Shown: positions 60,948-64,000 of the stretch, piece after piece | Layout of the letters: each line of letters starts with the position of its first letter | Position numbering within the stretch: position 1 is the first letter of the stretch | Assembly (NCBI GenBank): GCA_963758295.1 | Contig: CAVWUU010000001.1 | Span: forward strand, 512,001-576,000 | DNA length: 64,000 nucleotides | From: Candidatus Eremiobacteria bacterium | GTDB taxonomy: Bacteria; Vulcanimicrobiota; Vulcanimicrobiia; Vulcanimicrobiales; Vulcanimicrobiaceae | Reading direction: 5' to 3' | The notes under the pieces: model-generated | Databases searched by the model: none | The model's input: only the letters and a program-made list of their open reading frames with translations | Told to the model about the DNA's origin: nothing | Program-made: the position numbers and the translations under genes

Positions 60948-61857
60948 CGTTGGGTGACCGTTGAACGAACGGTTTGTTCCGTACCGTCGAGCGCCGCAAA
61001 GACCGTTGCGACAACGAACGCAAGAAACACGAGCGCGGCGTTTACCGCGTGCGCTTCACGCAAATCCATAGGCAGGCGAACGCGACGTTCATCAAGCCAA
61101 GCAGCACTTGGACGAAGACTAGGGCAAGTCCGGTGCTTACAGCGGCGCGAACCCGCAAAGAGGCAGGACGAGCCCACGTCATAGCGATGGAAGCGGCGGC
61201 GCACACCAGCGTTGCGCCGGCGATGAAACGATGCAGCATTTGCACGTACTGGCCTTGGGTGTACACCACTACGTTACCCGCGCATTCGGGAATCGAAAGA
61301 CAGGCAAGCCCGGCGCCGCTCGAGCTGACGTACGCGCCGACGCACATCGTAATGAATGCCACGAGCGCGGTTCCCGCAAGGACACCCGCAAGAGCCGATT
61401 CGTATCGCGAAGCCGAGCGTTGCGGCGTTCGTCCGGCAGCGTAGCCGAAGATGCTCATTGCGGTCAGGGTGGCGATGAACGCCATGGCGGTGCCCCAATG
61501 AAGCACCACGGAGATCGGCGAGTTCGAAAGATGCACGGTCGCCGCGCCGAGGCCGACTTGTACGACAAAGAGCACGCCGATGATCGCGATCGTCGGACCG
61601 ATGAACGGCGAGCGCCTGCGCATGCGCCACGCCGCAATCATGACCGCAATCACCAAAGGAGCGACGCAGAAGGCGAAAAGACGGTGCGTCCATTCCCAGA
61701 CCGTTCCGTCGGCCATGGACGGAATGAGCTGGCCGTGACAGAGCGGCCAATCGGGGCACGTCATTCCGGCGCCATTGATACGAGTCCAACTGCCAAGAAT
61801 TACCGTGCCGAAGGCGACTAAGACGGCCGCCACGGACAACCGACGCAGAGTTTTCAT
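60944..61857 (-). CDS. ctaA: Heme A synthase (COX15/CtaA), frameshift near 61080
   Basis: GMTCPDWPLCHG, EWTHR, QMLHR. Confidence 0.88.
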
Positions 61858-61938
61858 GCGGACTTTCAGCGTACCGGGGTGCCCGTTAGCGGGCAACGAC
61901 AGTCGTCGCTTACCCGGCCTTTTCGCCGCCCAACCTGC

Positions 61939-62694
61939 TCAGCAGTTGTTGTTTGCTTTAAGAAGGTGGGTAGCGGCTGTACCCTCGTCGCGCGCAATGT
62001 CGGGAAGGGTCTGTTGAAAGTCGTTGGCAGCGCGATAACTCAAGACCTGATCGTTCGGCGCGTAGAGATCACCGGGCAGCGACGACCACATAGACGGCAG
62101 CGCCCCGTTTTGGGCGTCGATTTGCGCGCGCATCCGGTCCTCGCCGGGCGAATTGCTGGGCGTGTCCCACGTGGCTTCGTTCGCGTGCCACTCGCCGTGG
62201 TCGTCGCGCCGCATCTCTTCGGCATAAAGGTAGGCGACGAACCCGTCTAAATCGCGGGCGATTTTTCGCTGACGCCAGAGTGCCCCGCCAAGAGCGTCCG
62301 CAGAAGCCTTCAACTCGGCCTTTTCATCCGGGTCGGTGGCCTTCTGAGCGAGGTCGCGCAGGCGCCCAACCTCCTTTTCTCCGTCCTTCCACTCCTTGGT
62401 AATCGAGTCGGCGTAGGAGACGATGCCGTCGATCGCGTTGCGGCGGCGCAGCCCCATATCCATGAGGTTGTCGGCGTTTTTGGGGTCCCGCAGGGTCACG
62501 ATGAGGTTGCCCAGCGACGTGTCGTTGCGGACGGCGGAGCCGATTGCGGCGTTTACGTGGGTCGCAAACTCGCTGCAAAGCGCGGACGACCGGATCCGGA
62601 TAATTTCCTTAAGCGGAGCCGGGGACGTCGATGGGGCGGGACTGGGCTGCGGCGACCCGAGCGCTGCAGCGGTGATGAGAATGAGCGCCAGCAT
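61939..62694 (-). CDS. Secreted helical hypothetical protein
   Basis: Short hydrophobic N-terminus, PSPAPSTSP linker, Cys near each end, GCAGGAG RBS. Confidence 0.65.
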   Translation of the reverse strand: MLALILITAAALGSPQPSPAPSTSPAPLKEIIRIRSSALCSEFATHVNAAIGSAVRNDTSLGNLIVTLRDPKNADNLMDMGLRRRNAIDGIVSYADSITKEWKDGEKEVGRLRDLAQKATDPDEKAELKASADALGGALWRQRKIARDLDGFVAYLYAEEMRRDDHGEWHANEATWDTPSNSPGEDRMRAQIDAQNGALPSMWSSLPGDLYAPNDQVLSYRAANDFQQTLPDIARDEGTAATHLLKANNNC

Positions 62695-62800
62695 GCCGCG
62701 AACTCCTGCACACGTGCAATGTTTATTCTACAACGAATCCGAGGCGGAAGGTGGTGACAAGAGGAATGGCGCGATGAAGCGGCACGCGAAAGGCCGACCT

Positions 62801-63232
62801 GTGAAGCGCTGGTGGGCTCTGGTCGCGCTCTTGTTGCTGGTAGGATGCCGCGAAGTGCGCGTAAAGACGTACGCGAGCGGGACGACCACGACACCGGGCG
62901 GCAATCAAATTCTCGTAATCCGGAATGGGGCGGACTTGGACCGCCTTGGCATCAAGGCGCCCGTGCGCTTTCGCGGCGAGTTCGGCGTGGTGCTTCTGAT
63001 GGGGCCGCACAACCGTACCGGCTACAAGCAGATCGTCGAATCGATTCGTGCAAGCGACCAGCGGGTTCGCGTGGTGGCCTTCGAGCAGGCGCCGCCCGAC
63101 GGCGGTGAACCGTCGGGAGATTATCGGACGTATACTCTGTGGATCGTTCCAAATTCGGTTTACCGGAGGGGCATCCACGTGGACGTCGTTACGCCCAGCG
63201 ACGAACCAATCGCTCAAACTGAGTTCCCGTAA
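62801..63232 (+). CDS. Lipoprotein with PrcB C-terminal-like domain
   Basis: Lipobox LLVG-C; VVLLMGPHNRTGYKQIVESI resembles PrcB_C. An alternative ATG lies at 62774. Confidence 0.6.
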   Translation: MKRWWALVALLLLVGCREVRVKTYASGTTTTPGGNQILVIRNGADLDRLGIKAPVRFRGEFGVVLLMGPHNRTGYKQIVESIRASDQRVRVVAFEQAPPDGGEPSGDYRTYTLWIVPNSVYRRGIHVDVVTPSDEPIAQTEFP

Positions 63233-63326
63233 CTCCGGAGCGGGTAGAAGCGCTTTATTCGCATGCGTGGACTGACGATATAATCACGGGGCGGCGGGGC
63301 CGCTCCATCGTCTGCTAAGGAGTACC

Positions 63327-64000
63327 GTGATCGAATCCCTCGTACAACTCGACGTTTCAATCGAACGTCTCGGCCTAGTGCTCGCACCGGACGGCGATCC
63401 CACTGAAGCCGAAGGGGTTCTGAATCCCGCATGCACGCGCATGCGCGACGGGGAGTTGTTGCTGTTTCCGCGTGCGGTAGCCAAAGGAAACATTTCGCGC
63501 ATCGGCCGCGTGAAGACGCGCTCGCTCGAGTCGGGCTTCGAAGTGCATCGCGACGGCTTTGCGCTCGAACCGCAAGCGGATTACGAATTGCGCGCGCATC
63601 CAGGATACGGATGCGAAGACGCTCGCGTAACCTTCGTCCCCGTGCTCGATGCATACGTAATGATGTACACCGCGTTCGGGCCGGCAGGCCCGCGCATCGC
63701 GGTTGCGATTTCGAACGACGGATTCGAATGGAACCGCATGGGAATGATGCGCTTCGACGGTCCGGGTTTGGCGACGGGCGACGATAAAGACGGCGCGTTC
63801 TTCCCGGAGCCGGTGATTTCACCCGCTGGAGTTCGATCGCTCGCGTTTTACCACCGGCCGATGTTGCATCTCTCCGCCGTCGACGGCCGCGCCGCCATTC
63901 CGATGATCGAGCGCATGCCCTTCCACGATCGCGAATCGATTCGCATCGGGTACATTCCGCTCGAGCCGGTGCTCGGCGATCGCAATCGTTTGCTCGACGT
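63327..64000 (+). CDS. GH130-like glycosidase/phosphorylase, truncated by the window end
   Basis: Manual translation from GTG after AAGGAG: EGVLNPA...LFPRAV...YGCEDARVT...YTAFG...DDKDGAFFP...YHRP. Absent from the ORF track because there is no stop. Confidence 0.82.
   Translation, partial: MIESLVQLDVSIERLGLVLAPDGDPTEAEGVLNPACTRMRDGELLLFPRAVAKGNISRIGRVKTRSLESGFEVHRDGFALEPQADYELRAHPGYGCEDARVTFVPVLDAYVMMYTAFGPAGPRIAVAISNDGFEWNRMGMMRFDGPGLATGDDKDGAFFPEPVISPAGVRSLAFYHRPMLHLSAVDGRAAIPMIERMPFHDRESIRIGYIPLEPVLGDRNRLLD

Overview
High-GC bacterial chromosomal segment, apparently from an unpolished long-read assembly: many conserved genes carry single-base frameshifts, and ~38.2-43.3 kb is densely indel-ridden. 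The gene style (TonB-dependent receptor with an N-terminal carboxypeptidase-like domain, Pro/Ser-rich secreted proteins, Terrabacteria-like housekeeping genes) suggests Eremiobacterota/Vulcanimicrobiota; this is inference only. Contents in order: (1) a ~15 kb polyamine catabolic locus (PatA, GabT, PucR-type regulator, TBDR, exported flavin amine oxidase, MmsA, class III aminotransferase, APC permease, ALDH) with paired candidate operator boxes in three intergenic regions; (2) selB, add, clpB, yihY, typA; (3) a regulator-rich islet whose last ORF runs into tRNA-Sec (selC); (4) small hypothetical genes, an ECF sigma/anti-sigma/GNAT unit, cobB and a catalytically degenerate class III cyclase; (5) an uncharacterised operon (GH20, transporter with PDZ region, M20 dipeptidase, class A beta-lactamase-like protein, lone hydantoinase A-type ATPase) plus a nearby FAD oxidoreductase/HExxH protein/sugar kinase/nanE operon, possibly a novel amino-sugar or muropeptide salvage system; (6) a type A2 caa3 oxidase operon, aidB, an MFS transporter, ctaB/ctaA and a partial GH130. 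A recurring sigmaH-like motif, (A)GG-N17/18-YNAA-N10, precedes several genes and selC. No CRISPR array, rRNA, integrase or transposase was seen.
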